This document shows positions 8,835-18,342 of a stretch of 64,000 bases of DNA, in pieces. Position 1 is the stretch's first letter. Each line of letters begins with the position of its first letter. The notes below the pieces were generated by a model. It was not told where the DNA came from and ran no database searches. It saw nothing but the letters and a program-made list of their open reading frames with translations. A program made the translations under genes and the position numbers. The stretch lies in IMG/VR virus record IMGVR_UViG_3300030110_004304, positions 27,346 through 91,345 of that record, one strand, 5' to 3'. The stretch is from a virus.

Positions 8835-11800
8835 ATGGCAAAAAGAAAGAAAATTACTAAATATCCACACGGAGGACCACATAATCCACCAGCACTTTCT
8901 CAACAAGAGTTGGCTCAGGTAAACCAAGCATTAGCTGCAGGGAATACTGCGAATATGAACCAATTAATGTCGCCAGGTTTTTTACAAGGAAGACATACTG
9001 ATTTTAATAAAGACGAATTTAAAGGTAGCCCTTTCTATGGATTTCCAGAATTTTCAGGAAATGTTACAGCAACAGGAAATAAGACTGGATGGGGTTTTGA
9101 TTCTACACCACATAATAATTTAACAACTGCTGATTTATATGACCAAAATTTTATAAGCAATATAAACAGTAGTCCTTTGTTTGGGGTAAAAAATTATAAT
9201 GAATTAACAGATGAAAAGGGCCAAAAATTCTATGCACCTAACTGGCAATTTAAAGGAGCTCCTACTGCTCCCACATTATACGATTACCATACAGGAACAG
9301 GTAATCGAAACATGCCATACACAGGACCTCTAACAGCAAACCAATGGCAAAAAAATCCAGGTAATCGAAACCCTAATAAAGCTCAAGCTTTAAAACCATT
9401 GAGTAATCGACAAAAAAATTTAGCGTACAAAAACCAATGGATGTATAATGATGCAGATGGTAATGTTGTAACTTATGGTGAACTTAAAGGAAAGGATAAA
9501 AGAAAGCCTCAAATTGCTCAAGAAGAGTATACTACTTATTTTAAAGGAGATAAAGAAATAAATGAAGGTCAGTATAATAGAGGACTAAGCTCTAATGAAA
9601 AAAAAACGAATCAATATAATACACAATTAACTGATTATAATGACGCACTGACACAACTAAAAACAAGCATGTTTCCTACTACACCAGTTGATCCAATAAA
9701 TACAAGTACTTTAGTACCAGTTACTAAAAGATACGGAGGGCGTAAAAAATATAATAACGGAGGAGAACTTACAGAAGAAGAAAAGTGGAACGCTAAAAGA
9801 GAAGCTGAGTATAAAAAGAAGACTGCAGAGTTTGAAAAAAAGACTGCAGAGTTAGATGCTAAATTTGAAGCTGATAAACTAGGAAATGCAGAATACAAAA
9901 AACAATTGGCTGCATTAGAAAAAGAAAAAACAAGAGTTCAGAAAGTAAGAGATAATGTTCTAAAGACAGCAGAAGATTTGAATCAAAAGAAATTAAATTT
10001 ATTTCCTAATACTGAAGATGTTTATAGTGATGAGCAGTACGCTTTAAATCCTAATTTAGAAAACTACGAAGAACTGCAATGGTATCTTAATTCGTTGAAT
10101 AGTGGTTATCCTATTGGAGACGACGGTGAGACAGACTTTGGTGCTCCCCTTAAAACAAAACAAGAGCACCGAGAGGTAATGAAAAACATGCCTCAAGAGT
10201 TCAGAGATATTTTTCCAAGGCAAGGTAATTATGATTTATATATGGCTAATAAATTTAATCCAGACGGCACTTTAGATGAGGACAATTACACATACCACTC
10301 TGGCAGAGGCTTATATTGTACTCCAGGTTCTACAGATTGTTATAGAAGAGCCGGTGCTACAGACATGCCTATTGTGAGTGGAAATCAGGGTTTTGCTAAA
10401 AGATCTAAAGAAGGAAAAATTCCTTTTCAACTAATCTCTGATAGTGAAGCACAACCAGGAGATATAGGATTAAAATATGGTTATGTTTCTAAAAATTATG
10501 CTAAACCAGAGCTAGGAAAAACTAATAGAGTCCATCATACTACAATTGCTAAAGAGCTTGGTGATGTTAATAGTAAAGGTGAGATTACTAATATGATAGC
10601 ATACTCTCCTAATGATGGTGCCAGAGAGAGTTTTAGGCCAGTACCAGAATATGCTGATTCTCCGAAGAATGTGCCTGGAGAAGATAGTGATATTATGTTC
10701 TACAGATACGTAGGACAAACTCCCCAGATGCAAGCAAATATAGATAATCTTACAGCACAAGGTTATAATAAAGAAGCACAACAACAACTAGCTATGATGC
10801 CTACAATGGGACCAGCTTATGTAGGAGGAAATACTCCAGTACGTACTCCTCAAGCAATAAATCCTATTGAAGGAATGGATAAAAGACAAACAAGGCAGTA
10901 TCTAAAAAATCCTATGGGACAATATAATTACGATCAGTACTTACAATTACAAAACAACGATATGGTTACTAATAACAAATGGGGAGGAACAGTACCTCCT
11001 GCAGAATTTAAAAACGGTGGTAAAAAAGGCGGCGGAGATTGTGGATGTGGTAAACCTAAACCAGGAACTAAACCTACAAAATCTTCTACTAGCTACCAAA
11101 GCTTTGCTAACGGGGGTCCTAAAGACCCTCCTACACAAGAGGAGTTTGATATGATGGACCAAAAAAGTAAAGAAGCTCTTTCTAAGCAGTATCCAGGTAT
11201 GTACAAAATAAATGCTGGCACACCTACACAAGAACAATTGAACCAATTTAGAGCTCAAAATATGATGCAAATGCAGCCTACAAATATGGAACTTCCTCTC
11301 CCTGCAGCAGAAAGCACTTATGTTAATACGCCTATGATAGGCAACTATGCTAAAGGAGGCTATATGGGAATAAACCCTGACCACAAAGGATATTGCACTC
11401 CTATGAGCAAGTCTACATGTACTCCACGTAGAAAAGCACTAGCTAGAAGATTAAAGCCAGGAGGAGATTTATACAGAGGAAAGAAAGAAAATGGTGGTTA
11501 TAATTATGCTGACTCTGGTTTTAATAGTGGAATGCCTGCAGGAGTTACTCAAAGAAGTTATTTAGACTACATCAACGGAGGCCCTTTAATGGCTAATGGC
11601 ACTGTGGTATATGATAACGGAGGAGGTATGGAACAGTATTCTAGCGTACCTGTAGATAGTTTTGATACTGGCGGTAGTCACGAATCTAATCCTTTAGGAG
11701 GAATCCCACAAGGTCCTAATGCATTAGTAGAAGAAGGTGAGAAAAAAATAAAAATCCCAGGAACTGAAGAGAGCTTTATAGTATCTCCTAAAATTATTTT

Positions 11801-14800
11801 AGATAAAGCCACAGCAGAAGAATTTGATTTACCTAAAAAATACATAGGTAAAGATATGGTTAAAATATTCGATAGTGTATTAAGAGTTAACTCTAGAAGA
11901 GAAGGTGATACTATAGAAGAGCATACTAAAGAATTAGAGATTATGCCATTTATAGAAGCCCATACATTATTAACTGAAAGAAAGAACGCTGAAGAAGAAG
12001 CGGCTAAACAAGCAGCATTTACTGAAGACATGGATAACATGATGACTGAGTATCCTGAGTACATGCAAGCTTTAATGAGTCAACAACAACCTCAACAACA
12101 AGGACCGTCTCCAGAAGAACAAGCTATGATGGAACAACAAATGATGGCTCAACAACAAGGAATGCCTCAAGGTCCCCCTCAAGGTAGTATGCCTATGATG
12201 GCTAAAGGAGGAATGATTAGGCGTGCTGATGGTTCTTATAGTAGAAGAGGGCTGTGGGATAACATTAGAGCTAACAAAGGTTCTGGTAAAAAACCTACGA
12301 AAGAAATGCTTAAGCAAGAAAAAAAGATTAAAAGTATGCGTTCAGGAGGAAAGATGTGTTATAATTATGGAGGAGTAGAAACCCCTGAAGCATACGGATA
12401 CCATGACTTTGCTCAAGAAGGCTATTCATCTATGCCTGCAGGAGTCACAGATGCAAGCACTGCAACAAATACAAATAGTGGATCTGGGTGGGGAACTGCA
12501 GCAGCAAACGCAGCAGTGGCTATAGGACAAGGTGCGGCTACCAACGATGATTACCTTTCAAGCGAAGCGGCTATGAATCAAAGTGCTGATCAAATAATAA
12601 GTATGATTCCTGGATATGGAGCATTTCACGGATTAGCTTCGGGAGCTTCTGATATGGCAAGAGAGCAATTAGGAGAAGAGCAGTATGATTCAGAAGGAAA
12701 TCCAACTGGATATAAGAAATACGATAATCAAGCAGAAAAAGCAGGAGATGTTTGGCTAAAACCAGAACATGAATACCATACACAAAATATAGCTGCTATT
12801 AAAGAGGGTGAGTCTGGAGCATGGGGAAGATTAGCAATGGGATTAGTACCAGGAATGAATCAAACATACACTATGTTAGCAGATGAAAATATAAAATCAC
12901 AAGCAGCAACTAGAAATGGAGGTAACATACATGCTTATGGAGGCCAGGTAAAAGATTATGACTTTGGTGCAGTAATGAGAGGCGTGGGCACAGGATTAGA
13001 AACTGCTGCTCCATTATTATCTAAAATACCAGTATATGGTACTCTAGTAGCTACTGCTGCAGGAGGACTTGGTGCAGGTCTAGGTAATGTAGGAACAGGA
13101 GCAGACTTTAAAGAAGTTGCTAGAGATGTTGCTTTCGGTGCCGGGAAAGGTGCTGCTTCAACTGTACCTGGTTTAGGTGCAGTAGTATCAGGAGCAGAAT
13201 CAGTAGTAGATTCTAAGATAGAAGATGCTAGTGAGAAAAGAAGTAAGGAATTAATTGAACAAGGTGGTGAAGCTGCTGAGAATGAATTAAAAAGACAAAA
13301 AACAGATGCCACAGTAAATAAAGTTATCGGACTAGCGGGAACAGCAACAAGCTTAGGAATGAATGCTGCAGACCAAGCTGCTGGTGAAGCTTCCGACGCA
13401 TTTGGGGAAGCTGCTTTAGAAGGTACAGCAGACTTAGCAAGTTATGCTCCTGAAGGAACAACTACTGGAATGGTAGACGGAGCAATGGTATCTATGGCTC
13501 CCGGTACTATGGCTTATGGTGGATTTATGAATAGAAACTTCAGAAATGGAGGTAGATACAGAACATTTGCTAATGGAGGTCCAGTAGATTCTTACGCAGA
13601 TATTCCAGCAGAAGATTTAGAATACATCAAAAAAATCATAGCATATGAAAGAACTCATGGAGCAGAAGATGGTACTGGATTAACAGATGCTAAATGGAGT
13701 AAAAACAAAGTTGCTTCTATGGCAGGGGCTACTGATGATGAAAAAGCTGCTTTATTTATTTATAATACATATGCTGCAGATAAATCAGGAATGCCTCTTG
13801 ATTTAAGAATGAGAGCTGTAGATATGCATTTGAATAGTGAAGACCCTACAGGTTCTATGTTAGTTGCAGCAGGTCTTATTAGTCCTGCTGAAAAAGTAAA
13901 GTTACTTTATACAGCAGATAACAAGGGTAAGTTAAAGTACGATCCAGCTAAAGCAGAAGCTTTGTTAAAAGAATGGGAAAAAACAGATGAAGGTGTGAAA
14001 AAATTAGCTGCTCTTGACAAGGCTAAAAAAGATCCTAGATTTATAAAAGCTTTTGATTCAGAAAGAATGAGGAGTTATAAAAATACAACTAATAAAGCTG
14101 GGGCATTTGATAACACTTGGCGTCCTAGAGTACACATTTTTGATGAAGGTTTTGATTATGATGAGTATCAAAATATGCTAACGACTGTATCTGATTTTGA
14201 TAAGAAAATTGCTGGTTTAGATAATACATCTGCTACTTATGAAGACGATTTAAAAATTCTTCAAGAACAGAGAAACGATGCTGCGGAAGATATAAATCTT
14301 TTTGAGTATCAAGAAGATCCTAATGACCCAACAAAATTCACGTATACAGGTATTGGTCAAGAAGATGTGGATTACTTAGCAAGTGATGATGAAGGAGAAG
14401 AAGAAGATCCTCAAGATCCTTTTGAAAAAGCTGATCAAGATGATTATACAGCACCGGATGTTACAGATCTTAAGCCTAAGTTTAAGGACTTAGCAATTGG
14501 AGCTGCTCCTGCACTATTCGATATAGGAAGAGGTCTTCTTGAAAAAGATCAACCTTTAGAACTAAGTAGAATAAACGAAATTAGTAGTCCTCGTATTAAT
14601 TTAGACGAAGCACAAAAAGCACAAGACAGAGCATTCGCTGCCCAACAAAGTGCTATTAGAAACGCTGCTCCAGGAGGAGGAGCCTATCTAGCTAATCAAC
14701 AAATGGCATATCAAAACTGGATGCAGAATGCTGCTCTACTAAGAGAAAGAGAAGAACAGCTTAATGCACAGATTGCTGGCCAAGACTTAAGAACCAATGC

Positions 14801-15035
14801 AGGTATTCAAGCACAAAACATAAGATTAGATGCTAAAGAACAAGATTGGAGAGCTAAACAAAAAGCAGCTAAGATGGATCTAATAGGGTCAGGAATGGGA
14901 TACTTAGGAGATATGGCTGCAGAAAATAGAAAGAATAAATTTATGGTTCAGCAATATTTCCCAGCAATAGCTCCAGTTATGTCCGACTATATGCAATGGC
15001 AAAAAGAAAAAGAAAAAAACGAAGAAACTGATTAA
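8835..15035 (+). CDS. Large mosaic virion cargo-like protein with NlpC/P60-like, GH108-like, small basic and Gly/Ala-rich modules
   Basis: 2066 aa; crAss-like GGSHESNPLGGIPQG...LVEEGE block; about 19 xxGG motifs; Gln/Ala-rich helical C-terminus. Confidence 0.6.
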   Translation: MAKRKKITKYPHGGPHNPPALSQQELAQVNQALAAGNTANMNQLMSPGFLQGRHTDFNKDEFKGSPFYGFPEFSGNVTATGNKTGWGFDSTPHNNLTTADLYDQNFISNINSSPLFGVKNYNELTDEKGQKFYAPNWQFKGAPTAPTLYDYHTGTGNRNMPYTGPLTANQWQKNPGNRNPNKAQALKPLSNRQKNLAYKNQWMYNDADGNVVTYGELKGKDKRKPQIAQEEYTTYFKGDKEINEGQYNRGLSSNEKKTNQYNTQLTDYNDALTQLKTSMFPTTPVDPINTSTLVPVTKRYGGRKKYNNGGELTEEEKWNAKREAEYKKKTAEFEKKTAELDAKFEADKLGNAEYKKQLAALEKEKTRVQKVRDNVLKTAEDLNQKKLNLFPNTEDVYSDEQYALNPNLENYEELQWYLNSLNSGYPIGDDGETDFGAPLKTKQEHREVMKNMPQEFRDIFPRQGNYDLYMANKFNPDGTLDEDNYTYHSGRGLYCTPGSTDCYRRAGATDMPIVSGNQGFAKRSKEGKIPFQLISDSEAQPGDIGLKYGYVSKNYAKPELGKTNRVHHTTIAKELGDVNSKGEITNMIAYSPNDGARESFRPVPEYADSPKNVPGEDSDIMFYRYVGQTPQMQANIDNLTAQGYNKEAQQQLAMMPTMGPAYVGGNTPVRTPQAINPIEGMDKRQTRQYLKNPMGQYNYDQYLQLQNNDMVTNNKWGGTVPPAEFKNGGKKGGGDCGCGKPKPGTKPTKSSTSYQSFANGGPKDPPTQEEFDMMDQKSKEALSKQYPGMYKINAGTPTQEQLNQFRAQNMMQMQPTNMELPLPAAESTYVNTPMIGNYAKGGYMGINPDHKGYCTPMSKSTCTPRRKALARRLKPGGDLYRGKKENGGYNYADSGFNSGMPAGVTQRSYLDYINGGPLMANGTVVYDNGGGMEQYSSVPVDSFDTGGSHESNPLGGIPQGPNALVEEGEKKIKIPGTEESFIVSPKIILDKATAEEFDLPKKYIGKDMVKIFDSVLRVNSRREGDTIEEHTKELEIMPFIEAHTLLTERKNAEEEAAKQAAFTEDMDNMMTEYPEYMQALMSQQQPQQQGPSPEEQAMMEQQMMAQQQGMPQGPPQGSMPMMAKGGMIRRADGSYSRRGLWDNIRANKGSGKKPTKEMLKQEKKIKSMRSGGKMCYNYGGVETPEAYGYHDFAQEGYSSMPAGVTDASTATNTNSGSGWGTAAANAAVAIGQGAATNDDYLSSEAAMNQSADQIISMIPGYGAFHGLASGASDMAREQLGEEQYDSEGNPTGYKKYDNQAEKAGDVWLKPEHEYHTQNIAAIKEGESGAWGRLAMGLVPGMNQTYTMLADENIKSQAATRNGGNIHAYGGQVKDYDFGAVMRGVGTGLETAAPLLSKIPVYGTLVATAAGGLGAGLGNVGTGADFKEVARDVAFGAGKGAASTVPGLGAVVSGAESVVDSKIEDASEKRSKELIEQGGEAAENELKRQKTDATVNKVIGLAGTATSLGMNAADQAAGEASDAFGEAALEGTADLASYAPEGTTTGMVDGAMVSMAPGTMAYGGFMNRNFRNGGRYRTFANGGPVDSYADIPAEDLEYIKKIIAYERTHGAEDGTGLTDAKWSKNKVASMAGATDDEKAALFIYNTYAADKSGMPLDLRMRAVDMHLNSEDPTGSMLVAAGLISPAEKVKLLYTADNKGKLKYDPAKAEALLKEWEKTDEGVKKLAALDKAKKDPRFIKAFDSERMRSYKNTTNKAGAFDNTWRPRVHIFDEGFDYDEYQNMLTTVSDFDKKIAGLDNTSATYEDDLKILQEQRNDAAEDINLFEYQEDPNDPTKFTYTGIGQEDVDYLASDDEGEEEDPQDPFEKADQDDYTAPDVTDLKPKFKDLAIGAAPALFDIGRGLLEKDQPLELSRINEISSPRINLDEAQKAQDRAFAAQQSAIRNAAPGGGAYLANQQMAYQNWMQNAALLREREEQLNAQIAGQDLRTNAGIQAQNIRLDAKEQDWRAKQKAAKMDLIGSGMGYLGDMAAENRKNKFMVQQYFPAIAPVMSDYMQWQKEKEKNEETD

Positions 15036-15045
15036 AAAATAAAAG

Positions 15046-18000
15046 ATGGCAAATCCATATTCAACTCCTTTAACAGCGAGATATAAGTATAAACCACTAG
15101 ATGTCAGTGTGTTAGCACAACCACTTGCTCAACAACAGCAGCAATATGACTTAACAGAACAAGCCGTAGATGCTGCTCAGTTTGAGTTAGCAGGCCTATC
15201 TCCAGATAGTGAAAGAGCTAAAGAAATAAAAGCAGTTTTAGGTGAGCAAGTAGGAGATATTTCTGAAGGACTGTTGTCCAAAAGAGATTATAGAACAGCT
15301 GCTAAAAATCTAAATAAACTAAATAAGTTTTATAATAGTAACGAAGAGATAAAAGCTATTAAAGGAAACTATAATGCTTGGCAAGACGCTATTAAAGAGC
15401 AGAAGAAAAGATTAGTTGGAAAAAATGCAGACTTAAGTCAAAAACAATATGAAGAGTGGTATCAAAAATCTATGATAGAGTTTCGTGACAAAGGAGGTAC
15501 TGACTTCAGAGACGGAGATTATAACACCATAAATACAATGGGAAGAATGTCCGACATGGACAAAGAAATACAGGATTATGCATATAAATTAGCTAATGCT
15601 AGGCCGGATGAAAAGAGAACTATATTAGGAAAAATCCAAGATGTAGCAGGACATAGATTCAAAGATCAAGTAATAGATACAATAATTACTTATCAAAACA
15701 AGGATGACATTACTGCTGAGCTCTACAATCAATTATCTAGTTCAGATAGATTTAAAAGTTGGTTAGATGAGAAAGCAGAATATAACCATTTCTTCCAAAG
15801 TTATGGGAATCCAGAATATGCTGCTGACATGTATGGAAAATATCATGCACATTTAGATGAACAAGAAGAGAATATAATTAAATCGAAAGCAAAGAAAAAA
15901 CAAAAAGAAGCAGCATTAGCAAATGTTGAAGAGCAAAGAAGAAGTTTAACAGAAGGTTATGCTAAAAGCAAAGGAGATTATATTAAAGGTTTGGTTAAAA
16001 AAGCCCACACACAAGATTACTTAATGGGAGTATCTTCTAGTATGGCTGATGTATTTAACTTTCAAGATATAGAATATGATCGTACTTTCGTAGATGATTT
16101 TGAAGCAAAAGAAAATTATAAAAGGGCAATGAAAGCTGCTGATGATGCTCAAAATATGTTTTTCTCAGTAAGTCCTGATACACACGTTGCTCCATTAGGA
16201 CCAAATGGAGAAGTTTTAACAGGAAAAGAAGATCCTGGAGAGCTTATACAAAACTTAATTGGAACATCTTCTACTACAGGAATGAATTGGACTCCTGGTA
16301 CTGGTACTGGTTTTAAAGGATTAGAAACTAATATATCAGGAACTCAAGTAGCTTTAAATAATTTACAATTAAAAATAAATCCTTTAAAGCGTCAAGCTAA
16401 AAGAGATCTTCAAGCTGCTAAAACAGAAGAAGAAAGACAAACTATAATTAATAATTATAATAGAGATAATGCAGACTTATTCGATAAACAAAAAAGACTA
16501 CAAAAAGCTTTATCAGAACAGAAAGCAGTATATACAAGAGAAACTGATAGAGTAAAAATTAATATAAAGAATAATTTAAATAGGTTAATAGCAGAAGGAA
16601 GAAAAAAAGGACAAGATGTTTCTTGGTATACTGAGCAATTAAATCTTATAGAAAACAATATTTCAGATCCTTGGAATCTTTCTATTTCACAAAATAAAGG
16701 GAAAGTTAGTATATCTGGTTACTTAAAAGGGATGCAGGTAGATAGTAAATCTAAATATGATAATAGTCCATTATTAGGTGATTTAAGTTTTGCACAGCCT
16801 GGTGTTCCCGGATATGATGTAATAAGATTAGATGGTATAACTAGTGCTTCTCAAGGTACTAATCTTTCAGGAGTTTTAAGCCCAGGAACTGTTGATGCAG
16901 GTGTTGCTGCGGGAGCCCTCTTATTAGATTATGCTACATCCGATTCAGGAGGAGACATTATTCCTGTACAAAGGATGGCTGGAGAAGATGATAGAAAACA
17001 AATACAGAATATTAAAAATAATAACAAAGAAGCAATACTTGAATTTGATGTTTCCAGCTCTGACTTTGATCATGATTTTGCAGTACTTCCTTATAGCCAA
17101 TCAGGTTTCGTACAACAAGCTCACGATAGAAAAAATTCTTGGATAAAAATGTTAGAAGAAGAAGGATATACAATTGTTCAAGGACCACGATCTAATAGTG
17201 ATAAGCATGCTTATTTAGATGATATAGTAGTACACCATTTAAGAGCTGTTCCTAATAGCCTAATAAAAAAGCAAAAAGAATATGTATCAAACCCAAATAA
17301 AAATCAAATGGCTATTCTACAAAAAGGGGTCAGTGAAGAATTATACAATCAACAAATGAGTAGAAGTACTCAAGATCAAGGGATTATATTAAATGATGCA
17401 TCTAATTCAGTATCAGGAGGAGTATTTAACCAATTAGTAGATTATCAACAACAAGATACTAATAACGCTAATACTCATAGATTTTATATGAATGAAAATG
17501 GAAGTTATAGAATGGCTAGTGATGGAATGAATAATGAAGAACCTAATCTAAATTTATACGAAGCTAGAGAAGTAGTAGGTACATCTACTGTAGACGGTAA
17601 ACAAATCCCCCTAATTAGATATGCTTTAAAACAAGATTTAACAGAAGGCCAAATAATAAATGAAATTTCTAGAAGTGGTAATGTAAAAGCACAGACAGGA
17701 GGAATGAGTGCTGATGAAAAAAGAGTGTGGAGTGCTACTAAAATGGGACTTTTAACTGATGATTGGAGAAATGTGTTTAGTACTGATGTAGTAGTAGGAA
17801 CTCTAGGAACTAGTTTCGCTCTAGGAGAAGCTGTTAAAAATACTAGAAAAACTTTTGAAAATATAGCAGAATATGGAGACGGAGCACAAACTGCTAACGC
17901 TTTAACACAATTAGCTCAAACAGAAATTTCTTTAGATGGTAAAATGCAAGATAGACTTGCTTTAGACTATATAGATTTATTTCAAGGAACAACAAACGAA

Positions 18001-18306
18001 ATAAGAAATCAAGGTACTCCTTTTGCATTCCCAGACGGTTCTTTAGGAAGATATGATATTATTTATAGAAGCACAGGGGGAGGAGGAGTTACTCAAGAAA
18101 TTACTTTAGTAGATGCTAAAAAATATCCTAATGAAACCGTAGGAAAAGAAATACTTACACAGAGTCTAAGTAACGTAATGAACTCTGATGTTCCTGCCTT
18201 TATGAGATCTTATGAATTACTGTATGGAATCAACACTAATCAAGCGTATATGAATAATATACTAAATAGAGGACAGAATATTGATGTAGCTAGCGTAGGA
18301 AGATAG
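15046..18306 (+). CDS. Large virion cargo/ejection-type protein upstream of the RNAP
   Basis: 1086 aa; MANPYS...YKPL...QQQYD N-terminus and helical composition; position matches crAss-like internal proteins. Confidence 0.5.
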   Translation: MANPYSTPLTARYKYKPLDVSVLAQPLAQQQQQYDLTEQAVDAAQFELAGLSPDSERAKEIKAVLGEQVGDISEGLLSKRDYRTAAKNLNKLNKFYNSNEEIKAIKGNYNAWQDAIKEQKKRLVGKNADLSQKQYEEWYQKSMIEFRDKGGTDFRDGDYNTINTMGRMSDMDKEIQDYAYKLANARPDEKRTILGKIQDVAGHRFKDQVIDTIITYQNKDDITAELYNQLSSSDRFKSWLDEKAEYNHFFQSYGNPEYAADMYGKYHAHLDEQEENIIKSKAKKKQKEAALANVEEQRRSLTEGYAKSKGDYIKGLVKKAHTQDYLMGVSSSMADVFNFQDIEYDRTFVDDFEAKENYKRAMKAADDAQNMFFSVSPDTHVAPLGPNGEVLTGKEDPGELIQNLIGTSSTTGMNWTPGTGTGFKGLETNISGTQVALNNLQLKINPLKRQAKRDLQAAKTEEERQTIINNYNRDNADLFDKQKRLQKALSEQKAVYTRETDRVKINIKNNLNRLIAEGRKKGQDVSWYTEQLNLIENNISDPWNLSISQNKGKVSISGYLKGMQVDSKSKYDNSPLLGDLSFAQPGVPGYDVIRLDGITSASQGTNLSGVLSPGTVDAGVAAGALLLDYATSDSGGDIIPVQRMAGEDDRKQIQNIKNNNKEAILEFDVSSSDFDHDFAVLPYSQSGFVQQAHDRKNSWIKMLEEEGYTIVQGPRSNSDKHAYLDDIVVHHLRAVPNSLIKKQKEYVSNPNKNQMAILQKGVSEELYNQQMSRSTQDQGIILNDASNSVSGGVFNQLVDYQQQDTNNANTHRFYMNENGSYRMASDGMNNEEPNLNLYEAREVVGTSTVDGKQIPLIRYALKQDLTEGQIINEISRSGNVKAQTGGMSADEKRVWSATKMGLLTDDWRNVFSTDVVVGTLGTSFALGEAVKNTRKTFENIAEYGDGAQTANALTQLAQTEISLDGKMQDRLALDYIDLFQGTTNEIRNQGTPFAFPDGSLGRYDIIYRSTGGGGVTQEITLVDAKKYPNETVGKEILTQSLSNVMNSDVPAFMRSYELLYGINTNQAYMNNILNRGQNIDVASVGR

Positions 18307-18320
18307 TCAATAAATTTAAG

Positions 18321-18328
18321 TAAATTTG
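18321..18328 (+). promoter_or_regulatory. Possible Bacteroidota -7 promoter element (TAnnTTTG)
   Basis: TAAATTTG lies in the 36-nt gap, 14 nt before the RNAP start; no convincing -33 TTTG. Confidence 0.3.
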
Positions 18329-18342
18329 GATAAACAATAAAT

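Noticed and set aside
9298-9855. Short direct DNA repeats (CAGGTAATCGAAAC x2; AAGACTGCAGAGTT x2)
   Set aside because: Simple in-frame peptide duplications (GNRN; KKTAE).
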